A stretch of DNA of 62,071 nt from assembly GCA_035530855.1 (NCBI GenBank), contig DATKUA010000257.1:1-62071 (forward strand), given 5' to 3'. A program made the position numbers and the translations under genes. Positions 1-10,788 of the stretch are shown here, one piece after another. Under the pieces are notes generated by a model. The model ran no database searches. It worked only from the letters and a program-made list of their open reading frames with translations, and had not been told where the DNA came from. This DNA comes from Acidobacteriota bacterium (GTDB taxonomy: Bacteria; Acidobacteriota; DATKUA01). Within the stretch, counting starts at the first letter, position 1. Each line of letters begins with the position of its first letter.

Positions 1-67
1 ATTCGGAGTACCGGCTTATAATTTAATGCCACAAGATACGAATTCTGGAAGGAACAGGTTTTACTAT

Positions 68-883
68 CTACGCATCGGCCTTCCGTACTTTCTTGGAAGG
101 CGATTCCGTCGATTGCTCACTCCGTTTGAATCTGAATCTGAGCTGCTTCACCGGCTTTTTTCGCACGACGCGTCGCAACTTGCGCCTTTGTCGTTTCTCA
201 AGCCGGAGGCGTTTGAAGGCGCGCGCGGTTGACACCATCTGCTCCTTCATCTCGCGGAAGGTTCGGCGGCGGCGCAATACCTTTCGCAGTTCCGGCTGCA
301 TCCCGCGCCAGAACTTGCCGATGTAGCCGATCATGGAGACTATCGACAAAACCATCACTAGGTAAAGGAAGGCCAAACCAAGCACGTAGGTGTGAATTGA
401 GAGGATCAGGAAGCCGACGGCGAAGACTTGGGCGATCATCTTGTACTTGCCGAAGCTGGAGACCTCAATCTGGAAGCCCTCGGTGGCGGCGATCAGCCGC
501 AGTCCGGAGACGGCGAATTCGCGCCCCAGGATGATCACCACGATCCAGGCCGGCGCCAGCCCAAGCTGGACCAGCGAGACAAACGCGGCGGAGATCAGCA
601 GCTTGTCGGCGACCGGATCAAGCAGCTTGCCGAGGCGGGTGACCTCGTTGCGCAGGCGGGCGAGGTAGCCGTCGAGCACATCGGTGAACGCAGCGACGGC
701 GAATATCGCCAGCGCGATGATGCGGGCATTGAGCGTGAGAAAATCCTGTTCCGAGCGGCCGGTGAGCAGCACCGCCACCAGCAGGGGCACGAGGAAAATA
801 CGCAGCAGTGTGATGTAGTTAGGAATGCTCAAAGTCGGTACCCCATCACCCCGGCTCGAATACAGTTCGGGAAAGAATTGCAA
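68..883 (-). CDS. pgsA: CDP-diacylglycerol--glycerol-3-phosphate 3-phosphatidyltransferase (CDP-alcohol phosphatidyltransferase family) with a long basic C-terminal tail
   Basis: 271-aa ORF with a TTG start. Exact CDP-alcohol PT motif DG-x2-AR-x8-G-x3-D-x3-D in 'DVLDGYLARLRNEVTRLGKLLDPVAD'. Several TM helices. The last ~79 aa are K/R-rich. Confidence 0.85.
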   Translation of the reverse strand: MQFFPELYSSRGDGVPTLSIPNYITLLRIFLVPLLVAVLLTGRSEQDFLTLNARIIALAIFAVAAFTDVLDGYLARLRNEVTRLGKLLDPVADKLLISAAFVSLVQLGLAPAWIVVIILGREFAVSGLRLIAATEGFQIEVSSFGKYKMIAQVFAVGFLILSIHTYVLGLAFLYLVMVLSIVSMIGYIGKFWRGMQPELRKVLRRRRTFREMKEQMVSTARAFKRLRLEKRQRRKLRRVVRKKPVKQLRFRFKRSEQSTESPSKKVRKADA

Positions 884-1396
884 AGAATGACCGAGGTCTT
901 AAGATATTCGCGACCGGCTATCTCTGTCAACGGCTCCCCGTTGTAGTTAAACAAATCGTCAGAAAGTGCCGATAAGGTGATTGAGGGATAGACGCAGTTC
1001 GAGGGCAGCTTTAAATCTTCTCTGGCGCTTGTGCCCGATCAGCTTCTGTCTATGCTCGGGCGGATGACGTCCGGCGCGGCGGAGCTGTCTACGCAACCCG
1101 AGACTTTTGCGTCGGGTGAGACGAACGATGCAGATGCCCTTCTGAGCTACGTCTGACCTTCCGACGCTCCCGGCGGATCACCGAATAAATACGCAGAGTT
1201 TAAATCCAAAAGCCTCAAAGTCTGCTTAGCATGGATTAGAAACGACGCTTCAATGCGGTATATGCGCGAATCCATCCTTTCACGACTGCAGCGTGGTCCG
1301 ATGCAGCGGATCAGCCCGGCTTATGTAATAATCGTTATAGTTACCCTGCGCCCAAGGCTCTACCATGTTCGACAATAAGTAAGAAGGAAGAATTAG

Positions 1397-2923
1397 ATGT
1401 CCGCCGCGAAAACGATATGGATGATTCTCGCCGTTGGGCTGGTCGCCCTTGCGCTCACCGTCATTTTCCCCCTCCTCGCTCAGGAGGATCCGCAGGACGC
1501 CGGCAAGCGCTACGCTCGGGGCACGAGGGAGATCTATTCGCGCATTCTCGTGCAGGCAGAGCGCTACCTCAAAGGCAAGCAAATCCTGCAGGTTTCGGAT
1601 GAACTGCTGGCGGGCTTCATACCCGATTATGTCGAGTTTTATCTCGACGGCGAGCTGGCGGTGATCGACCGCGACGCGCCGTTCGAGGCTACTGTCGACG
1701 TCGGCGACTATACGAAGAAGCACTCGATCCTGATCGTCGCGGTACGCGACATCGCACTCGAGATAACAGAGGCTGAACAGACAGCAGAGGCCGGGCAGGC
1801 GGCGGGCGGCACGTTCAAGATCGCAATCACCAATCCGCAGGAGGGCACGTACGTCCTCGGCCGCACGCCGATCGTCGTCGAAGCGGAGTTCGAGGAGGAG
1901 GGAGCACGGCTGGAGACGGTGCAGTTCTTTGTCGACGACGAGCCGGTCGGCACGGTAACGCAGGAGCCGTGGGAGTTGGTCCACGACTTCGGCCGGAAAT
2001 TCAACGGCCGCCGCATCAGCATTACCGCGATGGACAACCTCGGCCGCCGCGCGGCCGCCGCCGTCACCACAACGCCGCTTGAGCGCAGCGGCTACTACAT
2101 CGAAACGCGAGTTGTCACCCTCGACGTGATCGTCAGCGATGACCGCGGCAAACTGATCGGGCAACTCACCAGGGACGATTTCCAGGTGTTCGACGACGGC
2201 GCCGAGCAGGAGATTCGCTACTTCAGCTCCGAGGAACGCCCGATCTGGGTGGCGGTTCTCATCGATACCAGCGGCTCGATGCGCGGCGCTAAGATCCGCC
2301 GCTCTATCTTCGCCGCCCAGCAGTTCATCAACCAACTCAAGCCGGCCGATCAAGCGATGGTTGTCACCTTCGGGCCCGAAGTGCAGGTGCTCAGTGAGTT
2401 CACAAACGATTACGACAAACTGCTCGACCTCATCGGCGGCATCGACGTGATCGAAAACGCGCTCACGCCGCTGAACCAGTCGCTCTACGAAACGATGGAC
2501 AAGTTCAAGGACCGCATCGGCCGCCGCGCGATCATCGTCATCTCCGACGGCGCCGACACAGCCAGCAAAATCGGCCCAACCGAGGTTCACGAAGCGGCGA
2601 AAAAAGTTGATGTCAGGATCTACGGCATCGCCATCCGCCAGGTTGGCATGGAAGGACGGCTGGGCAGCCTCGACGACCCGGCCGCTTACCTGCTCCGCGG
2701 CCTCGCCGACACTACCGGCGGCGACAGTTACTTCCCCACCTCCACCAGCGAGTTCCTCAACATCTTCCAGACGATAGCCGCCGAACTACGCAGCCAGTAC
2801 TCGCTCGGCTATGTGCCGCCGCGCGCGGAGGACAACCGTTATCGCAGCATCGACGTGAAACTGAAGCGGCGCGGCGCGATCGCTCGCACCCGTAAGGGCT
2901 ACTACCCCGACGAGGAGAGATAG
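1397..2923 (+). CDS. membrane-anchored von Willebrand factor A domain protein (Acidobacteria-type VWFA family)
   Basis: 508-aa ORF with GAAGGAAG RBS. N-terminal TM helix 'ILAVGLVALALTVIFPLL' and two Ig-like repeats ('YVEFYLDGE..', 'VQFFVDDEP..'). MIDAS DxSxS in 'VLIDTSGSM'. C-terminal 'YSLGY..YRSIDVK..RKGYY' tail, which I recall as typical of TIGR03436-type proteins. Confidence 0.8.
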   Translation: MSAAKTIWMILAVGLVALALTVIFPLLAQEDPQDAGKRYARGTREIYSRILVQAERYLKGKQILQVSDELLAGFIPDYVEFYLDGELAVIDRDAPFEATVDVGDYTKKHSILIVAVRDIALEITEAEQTAEAGQAAGGTFKIAITNPQEGTYVLGRTPIVVEAEFEEEGARLETVQFFVDDEPVGTVTQEPWELVHDFGRKFNGRRISITAMDNLGRRAAAAVTTTPLERSGYYIETRVVTLDVIVSDDRGKLIGQLTRDDFQVFDDGAEQEIRYFSSEERPIWVAVLIDTSGSMRGAKIRRSIFAAQQFINQLKPADQAMVVTFGPEVQVLSEFTNDYDKLLDLIGGIDVIENALTPLNQSLYETMDKFKDRIGRRAIIVISDGADTASKIGPTEVHEAAKKVDVRIYGIAIRQVGMEGRLGSLDDPAAYLLRGLADTTGGDSYFPTSTSEFLNIFQTIAAELRSQYSLGYVPPRAEDNRYRSIDVKLKRRGAIARTRKGYYPDEER

Positions 2924-3114
2924 GCCCTGGATTTTTCCAAGGGCTGTAACCGGGAATTATCCAACCAGTAATCGCTCGGTTATAGTCCTGTTCCATAAAT
3001 AATGACCGCTGGCACTCGCTGGACGTGAAAGTTGAGAGGCCCGGCCTGGTTGTGAGCACCCGCAAAGGCCATTACCCGCGGGATACACTCACAGCCGCGT
3101 TTAATCACAAATAA
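2924..3114 (+). pseudogene. decayed fragment homologous to the C-terminal ~45 codons of the upstream VWA gene
   Basis: Translation right after the VWA stop gives 'ELSNQ*SLGYSPVP', then after a frame change 'INNDRWHSLDVKVERPGLVVSTRKGHYP'. The upstream gene has 'ELRSQYSLGYVPPRAEDNRYRSIDVKLKRRGAIARTRKGYYP'. The fragment carries two in-frame stops and one frameshift. Confidence 0.6.
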
Positions 3115-3122
3115 ACGAATGG

Positions 3123-3806
3123 CTATTCGGAGGCCTTCTGAATATCGCTGAAGTCTTTACGCGCTAACGCGATCCGGGCCAGCACTGCAGCCCAGAGCGC
3201 CAAACCGGGGACGAATATTTCACCGTGATAAGGGCCGATGTCGCCGGAGGTGATGATCCTGACCGAATCGAGCATGAAGCTTAAAAGTATCAAAGCCCAC
3301 GCTCCGAGCACGGTGATGATGTACCCCTTCCTCAGCGCTACACGGCCGGTCCTCTCTTCGATCCAGACGAGGATAATCGCTGAGAGCACAAGAAACACAG
3401 ACACCAGCACCGGCGCAATTACCGGCCCGGCCCACGGCACCGGCAGCAGGAAAAGCAGATCGGGTGTCAGCAGTGACTGCGGCCAGCCCTCGAAAAGCAC
3501 CAGCCAGATGTAATAGAAGATGTCCCAAACGCCGAAAGCAAACATGAACCAGGCGAAGCGCCGCCACCAACTCCGCCCGGCGAAGAAAGCGACGGCCGCA
3601 AGCACAACAATCGTTGAGAATTCTCGTCCCAGTTCGACGACCAATACCCCCGCGGGCCACTGCACCAGCGGGAAGGCAAAACCCTCCGGATAAAAATGAT
3701 AATGCAGGTAGTGCACCACCGCCGACTCTATCCAGGCGAATGCTATGGAAAAAAGCGCCAGCCAGAAAAATGCCGCCCTCAGCGAAGGCTGCCCGTCTCC
3801 ACTCAT
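3123..3806 (-). CDS. hypothetical polytopic membrane protein
   Basis: 227-aa ORF, very hydrophobic with about 6 TM helices. Its start overlaps the purB stop (ATGA-type overlap), implying co-transcription. No family recognised. Confidence 0.6.
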   Translation of the reverse strand: MSGDGQPSLRAAFFWLALFSIAFAWIESAVVHYLHYHFYPEGFAFPLVQWPAGVLVVELGREFSTIVVLAAVAFFAGRSWWRRFAWFMFAFGVWDIFYYIWLVLFEGWPQSLLTPDLLFLLPVPWAGPVIAPVLVSVFLVLSAIILVWIEERTGRVALRKGYIITVLGAWALILLSFMLDSVRIITSGDIGPYHGEIFVPGLALWAAVLARIALARKDFSDIQKASE

Positions 3807-5098
3807 TCGCCGAAAACCCTGCGGAAAATGGCGTCGACATTGCGCAGCATCGAGTGCGGATCGAAGAGGTCGTCCAGTTCGGCCGGCGTCAGTTTCGCCA
3901 TCACCTCATCATCCGCGGCGAGAAGATCCTTCAGCGGTACTTTCTCCTCCCAGCAGCGCATCGCGTTGCGCTGTGACGCGGCATAGGCTTCCTCCCGCGT
4001 CATACCCTTGCGCACCAGAGCCAGCATCACGCGCTGCGAGTAAACCAGGCCACGGGTGAGGCCCATGTTCTCCAGCATCCGCTCCGGGTAGACGACCAGG
4101 CGGTCGGCGATCTTCGTCAACCGCCGCAGCATGTACTCGATCAGGATGCAGGAGTCAGGGAAGATTACACGCTCGACGGAGCTGTGGCTGATGTCGCGCT
4201 CGTGCCACAGAGCAACGTTCTCCATCGCCGCCAGGGCATTGGCACGCACCACTCGTGCCAAGCCGCTGATGTTCTCGCTGCCGATTGGATTGCGCTTGTG
4301 CGGCATCGACGAGGAGCCCTTTTGCCCTCTGGTGAACTCCTCCTCGACTTCGCGGATATCCGTGCGCTGCAGTCCGCGGATCTCGACGGCCAGCTTCTCC
4401 AAAGTACAGGCCAGCAGGGCCAGACTGCTGAGGAAAGCTGCGTGGCGGTCGCGCTGAAGTACCTGTGTGGAAACCGGGGCAGGTTTCAGTCCCAGCAGCT
4501 CGCAAACGCGCTCCTCGATCTCCGGCCCGAGATGAGCATAGGTGCCGACCGAGCCCGAGATCTTGCCGAAGGCGAGACCTTCCTTCGCCGCCTCGATCCG
4601 AGCCCGCGCCCGGCCTAATTCCTCATAATAGAGGGCGAACTTCAGCCCGAGGGTTGTAGGTTCGGCATGGATGCCATGCGTGCGGCCCACCATCACGGTC
4701 TTCCTGTGCTCCAGGGCTCGCCGCTTGAGGACTCCGCGCATCTCGTCCAGCCGTCCGAGGATCATCTCCGCCGCTTCCTGCACGACCAGGCAGAGCGCGG
4801 TGTCGATCACGTCGGAGCTGGTTACGCCGTAATGAAAGTACCGCGCCGGCTCGCCTACTTGCTCTGCGATAGAGGTCGTGAAGGCAACCACGTCGTGCTT
4901 GATCGTCTCTTCGATTTCGGAGATGCGTTCTACATCGATCTTAGCCTTCGCCTCGACCTCATCCGCGGCATCGGCGGGAATGATCCCCTGCTCGCCGAGC
5001 GCTCGCATGATCGCTATCTCCACCTTCAGCCAGGCGGCGAAGCGGTTTTCGTCGGTCCACAGCCGTCCCATCTCGGGATTCGTGTAGCGCGGTATCAT
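3803..5098 (-). CDS. purB: adenylosuccinate lyase
   Basis: '[27 protein letters not shown]..' N-terminus and '[11 protein letters not shown]' signature loop. ATG at 5098 is preferred over the upstream ORF start at 5152. Confidence 0.95.
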   Translation of the reverse strand: MIPRYTNPEMGRLWTDENRFAAWLKVEIAIMRALGEQGIIPADAADEVEAKAKIDVERISEIEETIKHDVVAFTTSIAEQVGEPARYFHYGVTSSDVIDTALCLVVQEAAEMILGRLDEMRGVLKRRALEHRKTVMVGRTHGIHAEPTTLGLKFALYYEELGRARARIEAAKEGLAFGKISGSVGTYAHLGPEIEERVCELLGLKPAPVSTQVLQRDRHAAFLSSLALLACTLEKLAVEIRGLQRTDIREVEEEFTRGQKGSSSMPHKRNPIGSENISGLARVVRANALAAMENVALWHERDISHSSVERVIFPDSCILIEYMLRRLTKIADRLVVYPERMLENMGLTRGLVYSQRVMLALVRKGMTREEAYAASQRNAMRCWEEKVPLKDLLAADDEVMAKLTPAELDDLFDPHSMLRNVDAIFRRVFGE

Positions 5099-5224
5099 CA
5101 CCTTCCCCCAGTAAAAACCAGCAACGTTCGCCGCTCGCGACCGCGGCCTCATATTGGTTTATCGGTTCAGAACCGTCGATATAAATTGACATTGCCGCAG
5201 GCGCACGTCAACCAATTCTCCTCT

Positions 5225-6007
5225 TCAACAGAGACGGATTGACCTGGAAGGTGCATGCTGAGCAGTGACGACGATCTCCGGCCCATAGAGTCCGGCAGCC
5301 GCGCCAACAACCTTAGTATGAGCCTGTAGCGCGAGCTCCGGCGTGTTGTTCTGCTGGGAGAGGTGAGCCAGAAAAACCACGGCCAGATCGGAGGATGCCA
5401 CCTTAGCCAGCAGCTCTGACGAGGCGGAATTGCTGAGATGGCCGGTGCGGCTGAGGATGCGCTGCTTGATCGGCCATGGATACGGCCCGTATAGCAGCAT
5501 GTCCGGATCGTGATTACTCTCCAGGACAAGGATGTTGCATTCCTGGAGACTGCGCGCTGTCAGTTCCGGTGCGTAGCCGAGATCGGTGACGTGGCCCAGT
5601 GTCATCCCATTGCAGCGGACGATGAAGCCGAGCGGGTCGGCGGCGTCGTGCGGCACGGAGAAGGGCTTGATATCCAGATCGCCGATGCTGAATTCCTCGC
5701 CGGCGTTGACGTGTTCTATCCGTGTGAGACCCATCTCGTCGAATCTGCGCGAGGCGAACGTCGCCTCAGCGGAAAAAACCGGCATGGAATGGCGCTTGCA
5801 GAGCACGCGGAGGCCGCAGATGTGGTCGGTGTGTTCGTGGCTGATGATCACCGCATCGAGCCTGGCGGGATCCCAACCCACAGAAGCCATTCGCAGTTTC
5901 AGCTGGCGGTGAGAGAAACCGGCGTCTATCAGTATCGACGTCCGCTCCGAGCGGATCAGCGTCGCGTTACCGGAACTCCCGCTCCCCAGAACGGTTACCT
6001 CTATCAT
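5225..6007 (-). CDS. MBL-fold metallo-hydrolase
   Basis: 260 aa. 'VLGSGSSGN' and the HxHxDH motif 'ISHEHTDHI'. Overall YycJ/PhnP-like layout. Confidence 0.85.
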   Translation of the reverse strand: MIEVTVLGSGSSGNATLIRSERTSILIDAGFSHRQLKLRMASVGWDPARLDAVIISHEHTDHICGLRVLCKRHSMPVFSAEATFASRRFDEMGLTRIEHVNAGEEFSIGDLDIKPFSVPHDAADPLGFIVRCNGMTLGHVTDLGYAPELTARSLQECNILVLESNHDPDMLLYGPYPWPIKQRILSRTGHLSNSASSELLAKVASSDLAVVFLAHLSQQNNTPELALQAHTKVVGAAAGLYGPEIVVTAQHAPSRSIRLC

Positions 6008-6116
6008 CCAATGATCCTAATCGCCGACGGGGCAGCGTGCAATCGCTTTTGTGGTTTTCACTCCGATGACCGCGACTGCATGCATTGGTGAATATGGAGG
6101 GCGATGCGTATGGGCT

Positions 6117-7388
6117 TTAATTAGGGAAAAGCTCTGCCAAGTGCTTTCTCCAGCCGTCCTGATTGCCGACGGCGGCAACCGTGAGCGGGGAGCCTTCGAT
6201 GACGTCCGCGGCTATAGCCGCCACGTCTTCGACCGTGACCGCATCCAGTTTGGCCAGCACTTCGTCCATCTGGGTCACAGCGCCGAAGTAGATCATCTGG
6301 CGTGCGAGGAAGGCCATGCGGCTTGCGCTGTTTTCGAGACCGAGCATTATGTCGCCCTTGACGAACGTCTTGACCCGGCTGATGTGAGCGGGGTCGATAT
6401 CGCCTCCAGCAACGGCATGCAGTTCCTGCAGCACGACCTCTGCCAGCCTTTGCACCCTGTCCGGGCTTGTCGCAGCGTAGACGCCCAGCAGGCCGCAATC
6501 CTTGAAAGTGCTGGTAAAAGAGTTGATCGCATAGGCCAGGCCGTTGCGTTCACGCACGTGTTGGAACAGCCGCGATGAGATCGACCCGCCGAGGTAAGTA
6601 TTCAGCGTATCGAGGGCATAACGGCGGTTATCGGTTTTACCGAATGCGTTTGCGCCCAGCAGCAGTTGGACCTGTTCCATCTGCTCGCGTTCGAGCATCT
6701 CGGATCGAGGCTGGTAGGCGGGCGGCGTCTCTACAGTCTGCTTTCCACCCGCTTCCATTCCGCCGAGGTAGTGCTGAGCCATCTCGAAGACATCACCGCT
6801 CATTACATTTCCGGCGACTGCCAGAATTACCCTTCCGGGCCGATAGTTTTCGTTAAAAAAGCGGATGACATCGTCCGTGTTGAATGACCTGACGGTGGAT
6901 TCCCGACCCAGGATTGAGCGCCCGAGCGGGTGGCTGTTGAAGAATGTGCTGAGGAAAAGCTCGTGGGCGATTTCCTCGGGGGAATCCTGCACCATTTTTA
7001 GTTCTTCGAGAATTACCTCGCGCTCCAACTCGATGTCGTCCGCGCCCAGCTTCGGCTGGAAGACCACCTCTGTGAGCAGGGACAGGACGTCTTCGAAGTG
7101 CTCGTCGAGCACCTTGGCAATGTAGCTGGTGTACTCCCGGCCGGTGAAGGCATCGAGGTTTCCGCCCATGCTGTCGATCGCCTCTGCGATCTCGAGGCAC
7201 GAACGGTGGTCAGTCCCTTTGAAGACGAGGTGTTCGATGAAGTGGGACAGGCCCGCCTGCTCGTCGGTTTCGTGCCGCGAGCCTTGCCTCACCCATAAGC
7301 CCATGGAAACCGATCGCAGCAGCGGAATTTCTTCGACGACTACCTGGAGTCCGTTGGGCAATCTCTCGGTAAATAATTTTTGTTCCAT
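6117..7388 (-). CDS. M16 (pitrilysin/insulinase) family zinc peptidase
   Basis: 423 aa. Inverted zinc motif HxxEH in 'SHFIEHLVFKGT', followed by the downstream Glu region typical of M16B. Confidence 0.9.
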   Translation of the reverse strand: MEQKLFTERLPNGLQVVVEEIPLLRSVSMGLWVRQGSRHETDEQAGLSHFIEHLVFKGTDHRSCLEIAEAIDSMGGNLDAFTGREYTSYIAKVLDEHFEDVLSLLTEVVFQPKLGADDIELEREVILEELKMVQDSPEEIAHELFLSTFFNSHPLGRSILGRESTVRSFNTDDVIRFFNENYRPGRVILAVAGNVMSGDVFEMAQHYLGGMEAGGKQTVETPPAYQPRSEMLEREQMEQVQLLLGANAFGKTDNRRYALDTLNTYLGGSISSRLFQHVRERNGLAYAINSFTSTFKDCGLLGVYAATSPDRVQRLAEVVLQELHAVAGGDIDPAHISRVKTFVKGDIMLGLENSASRMAFLARQMIYFGAVTQMDEVLAKLDAVTVEDVAAIAADVIEGSPLTVAAVGNQDGWRKHLAELFPN

Positions 7389-7537
7389 ATCTTATATTTC
7401 CCAAGCAACAGCATAGCCGAGAAACGCTGCGGCGCAAAGCCCGCAGATGTCTTGAGATGGCTTGCTTTTTCCATTTCACTCCACTATAGTTTCCCACCCG
7501 TAGCCCGACCTGAAAAGAACCTAAGAGATAGCAGGAA

Positions 7538-7831
7538 ATGAAGATCGACGCCGAACTCGTGGACAAGGTTGCAGCGCTCGCCAATCTCGAATTCGATGAG
7601 CAGCAAAAAGAGGAATTCGCGGCGCAGTTCGCTGGTATTGTCAGCTTCGTCGAGCAGCTCTCTGAAGTCGACACGTCCGGCGTCGAGGCCGACGACATCC
7701 ACGGCCGTGCGGACAATGTCCTCTCCGCTGATGAGCCTAAGAAGCTGCTCGGCCGTGAGCAGGCTCTCGCCAATGCGCCGGAGAGGGACGGCGAGTTCTT
7801 CCTCGTTCCGAAAGTGATAGCCGACGAGTAA
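7538..7831 (+). CDS. gatC: Asp-tRNA(Asn)/Glu-tRNA(Gln) amidotransferase subunit C
   Basis: 97 aa. '[34 protein letters not shown]' is typical of GatC. Lies immediately upstream of gatA. Confidence 0.9.
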   Translation: MKIDAELVDKVAALANLEFDEQQKEEFAAQFAGIVSFVEQLSEVDTSGVEADDIHGRADNVLSADEPKKLLGREQALANAPERDGEFFLVPKVIADE

Positions 7832-7836
7832 CCGCC

Positions 7837-9303
7837 ATGGAAGAACTGACCTTACAGCCAATCTGGCGTCTGCAGGAGCTTCAGCGGTCCGGGAAGGCCG
7901 GGGCGGAAGAGATTTGCAGAGCATACCTGGATCAAATCGAAAAACTCGATGCCGATCTCGGCGCCTACCTCACGCTGATGCCGGAGAAGGCACTCGAGAC
8001 AGCCAGGAAAGCCGATGAGGCACGTGCCGCCGGCAATGACCCCGGCCCGCTTGCGGGAGTGCCGTTGGCAATCAAAGACAACCTCTGCCTCGAAGGCGAG
8101 AAGACGACATGCGCCTCGCGCATCCTCGAGAATTACATTCCACCGTTCGATGCGACATCCGTGGCGCGCCTGCGCGCTGCCGGAGCGGTGTTTCTCGGCA
8201 AAACCAATCTCGACGAATTCGCCATGGGCTCGTCGACGGAGTGGTCGGCTTTCCGCATCGCCCGAAATCCGTGGGACGCGGATCTCGCTCCCGGCGGCTC
8301 CAGCGGTGGCAGCACCATTGCCACGGCAGCAGGCCTGGCTGCTGCAGCGCTGGGCAGCGACACCGGCGGCTCGGTCCGTCAGCCCGCCTCTTTCTGCGGA
8401 ATTGTCGGACTCAAACCGACCTACGGGCGCGTCTCGCGCTATGGCCTGGTGGCATTTGGTTCGTCACTCGACACGGTATGCCCCCTCACCCGCTGTGTGC
8501 GCGACGCAGCGATCCTGCTCGGAGTTATGGCCGGTCATGACGAAAACGACAGCACCAGCCGCACCGAACCGGTACCCGACTACCTGGCGGCGTTGAACGG
8601 CAACCTGAAGGGCTTGAAAATCGGCGTTCCCCGGGAAGCATTCGGAGAAGGCCTCGATGACCAAGTCCGTGCAGCGTTCGAGAACACACTGAAATTAAGC
8701 GAAGGCATCGGCGCGGCCACCGCGAGCGTCGAACTGCCTCATCTGGCTTACGGCATACCGGCCTATTACATTGTCGCCTGCGCCGAGGCGTCATCAAACC
8801 TCGCCCGCTTCGACGGCATACGTTATGGCCTGCGCACCGAGGGTTTCACCGATCTTCGCGACCAGTACCGCAAGACGCGCACGGCGGGCTTCGGCCCCGA
8901 GGTCAAGCGCCGCATCATGCTCGGCACCTTTGTCCTCAGCTCAGGCTACTACGACGCCTACTACCGCAAGGGCACGCAAGTGCGGGCGCTGATCAAGCAT
9001 GATCTTCAGAAGGCGTTCGAGCAGGTGGACCTGATCGCCATGCCCACCTCCCCAACCACGGCATTCAAGCTGGGCGAGAAACTCGACGACCCGGTGCAGA
9101 TGTACCTCGCCGACTACTTCACCGTAACGGCGAATCTGGCCGGTGTTCCTGCAATCTCGATAAACTGCGGTTTCTCGAAAGATGGCCTGCCGATAGGTTT
9201 CCAACTGATCGCGCCGCACCTCGCCGAGGACCGTTTGCTCAGCGCCGCGGCGGCTCTGGAAGAAGCGCTCGGTCTCGTCGACAGACATCCACCGATCGAT
9301 TAA
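7837..9303 (+). CDS. gatA: Asp-tRNA(Asn)/Glu-tRNA(Gln) amidotransferase subunit A
   Basis: 488 aa. Amidase signature 'GGSSGGS' and '[16 protein letters not shown]'. Confidence 0.95.
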   Translation: MEELTLQPIWRLQELQRSGKAGAEEICRAYLDQIEKLDADLGAYLTLMPEKALETARKADEARAAGNDPGPLAGVPLAIKDNLCLEGEKTTCASRILENYIPPFDATSVARLRAAGAVFLGKTNLDEFAMGSSTEWSAFRIARNPWDADLAPGGSSGGSTIATAAGLAAAALGSDTGGSVRQPASFCGIVGLKPTYGRVSRYGLVAFGSSLDTVCPLTRCVRDAAILLGVMAGHDENDSTSRTEPVPDYLAALNGNLKGLKIGVPREAFGEGLDDQVRAAFENTLKLSEGIGAATASVELPHLAYGIPAYYIVACAEASSNLARFDGIRYGLRTEGFTDLRDQYRKTRTAGFGPEVKRRIMLGTFVLSSGYYDAYYRKGTQVRALIKHDLQKAFEQVDLIAMPTSPTTAFKLGEKLDDPVQMYLADYFTVTANLAGVPAISINCGFSKDGLPIGFQLIAPHLAEDRLLSAAAALEEALGLVDRHPPID

Positions 9304-9314
9304 GAGGTGTAGTT

Positions 9315-10700
<1,386 letters not shown>

Positions 10701-10788
10701 TCCGCCGTCGTTGCTGACGCGTAACCAACTTGCACTGGGGAAAACTCTGTTCTAATGTCTCCCTAGACCGCCTGAACCGGAGTACCCA

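Noticed and set aside
1315-1324. CCCGGCTTAT, identical to part of the conserved RNase P RNA P4 3' strand (ACAGAACCCGGCUUAU), inside the 513-nt gap
   Set aside because: The other universally conserved RNase P blocks (GAGGAAAGUCCGGGC, GGUAAGAGC.., ..GAGCAAG) are absent from 884-1396, and the region lacks the expected GC-rich helices. The 10-mer match is probably chance.
1280-2590. 436-aa ORF on the minus strand, antisense to the VWA gene
   Set aside because: The product is Arg/Ala/Asp-rich and low in complexity, with no motifs. The plus-strand frame carries a clear VWA/MIDAS signature. This is a typical GC-driven shadow ORF.
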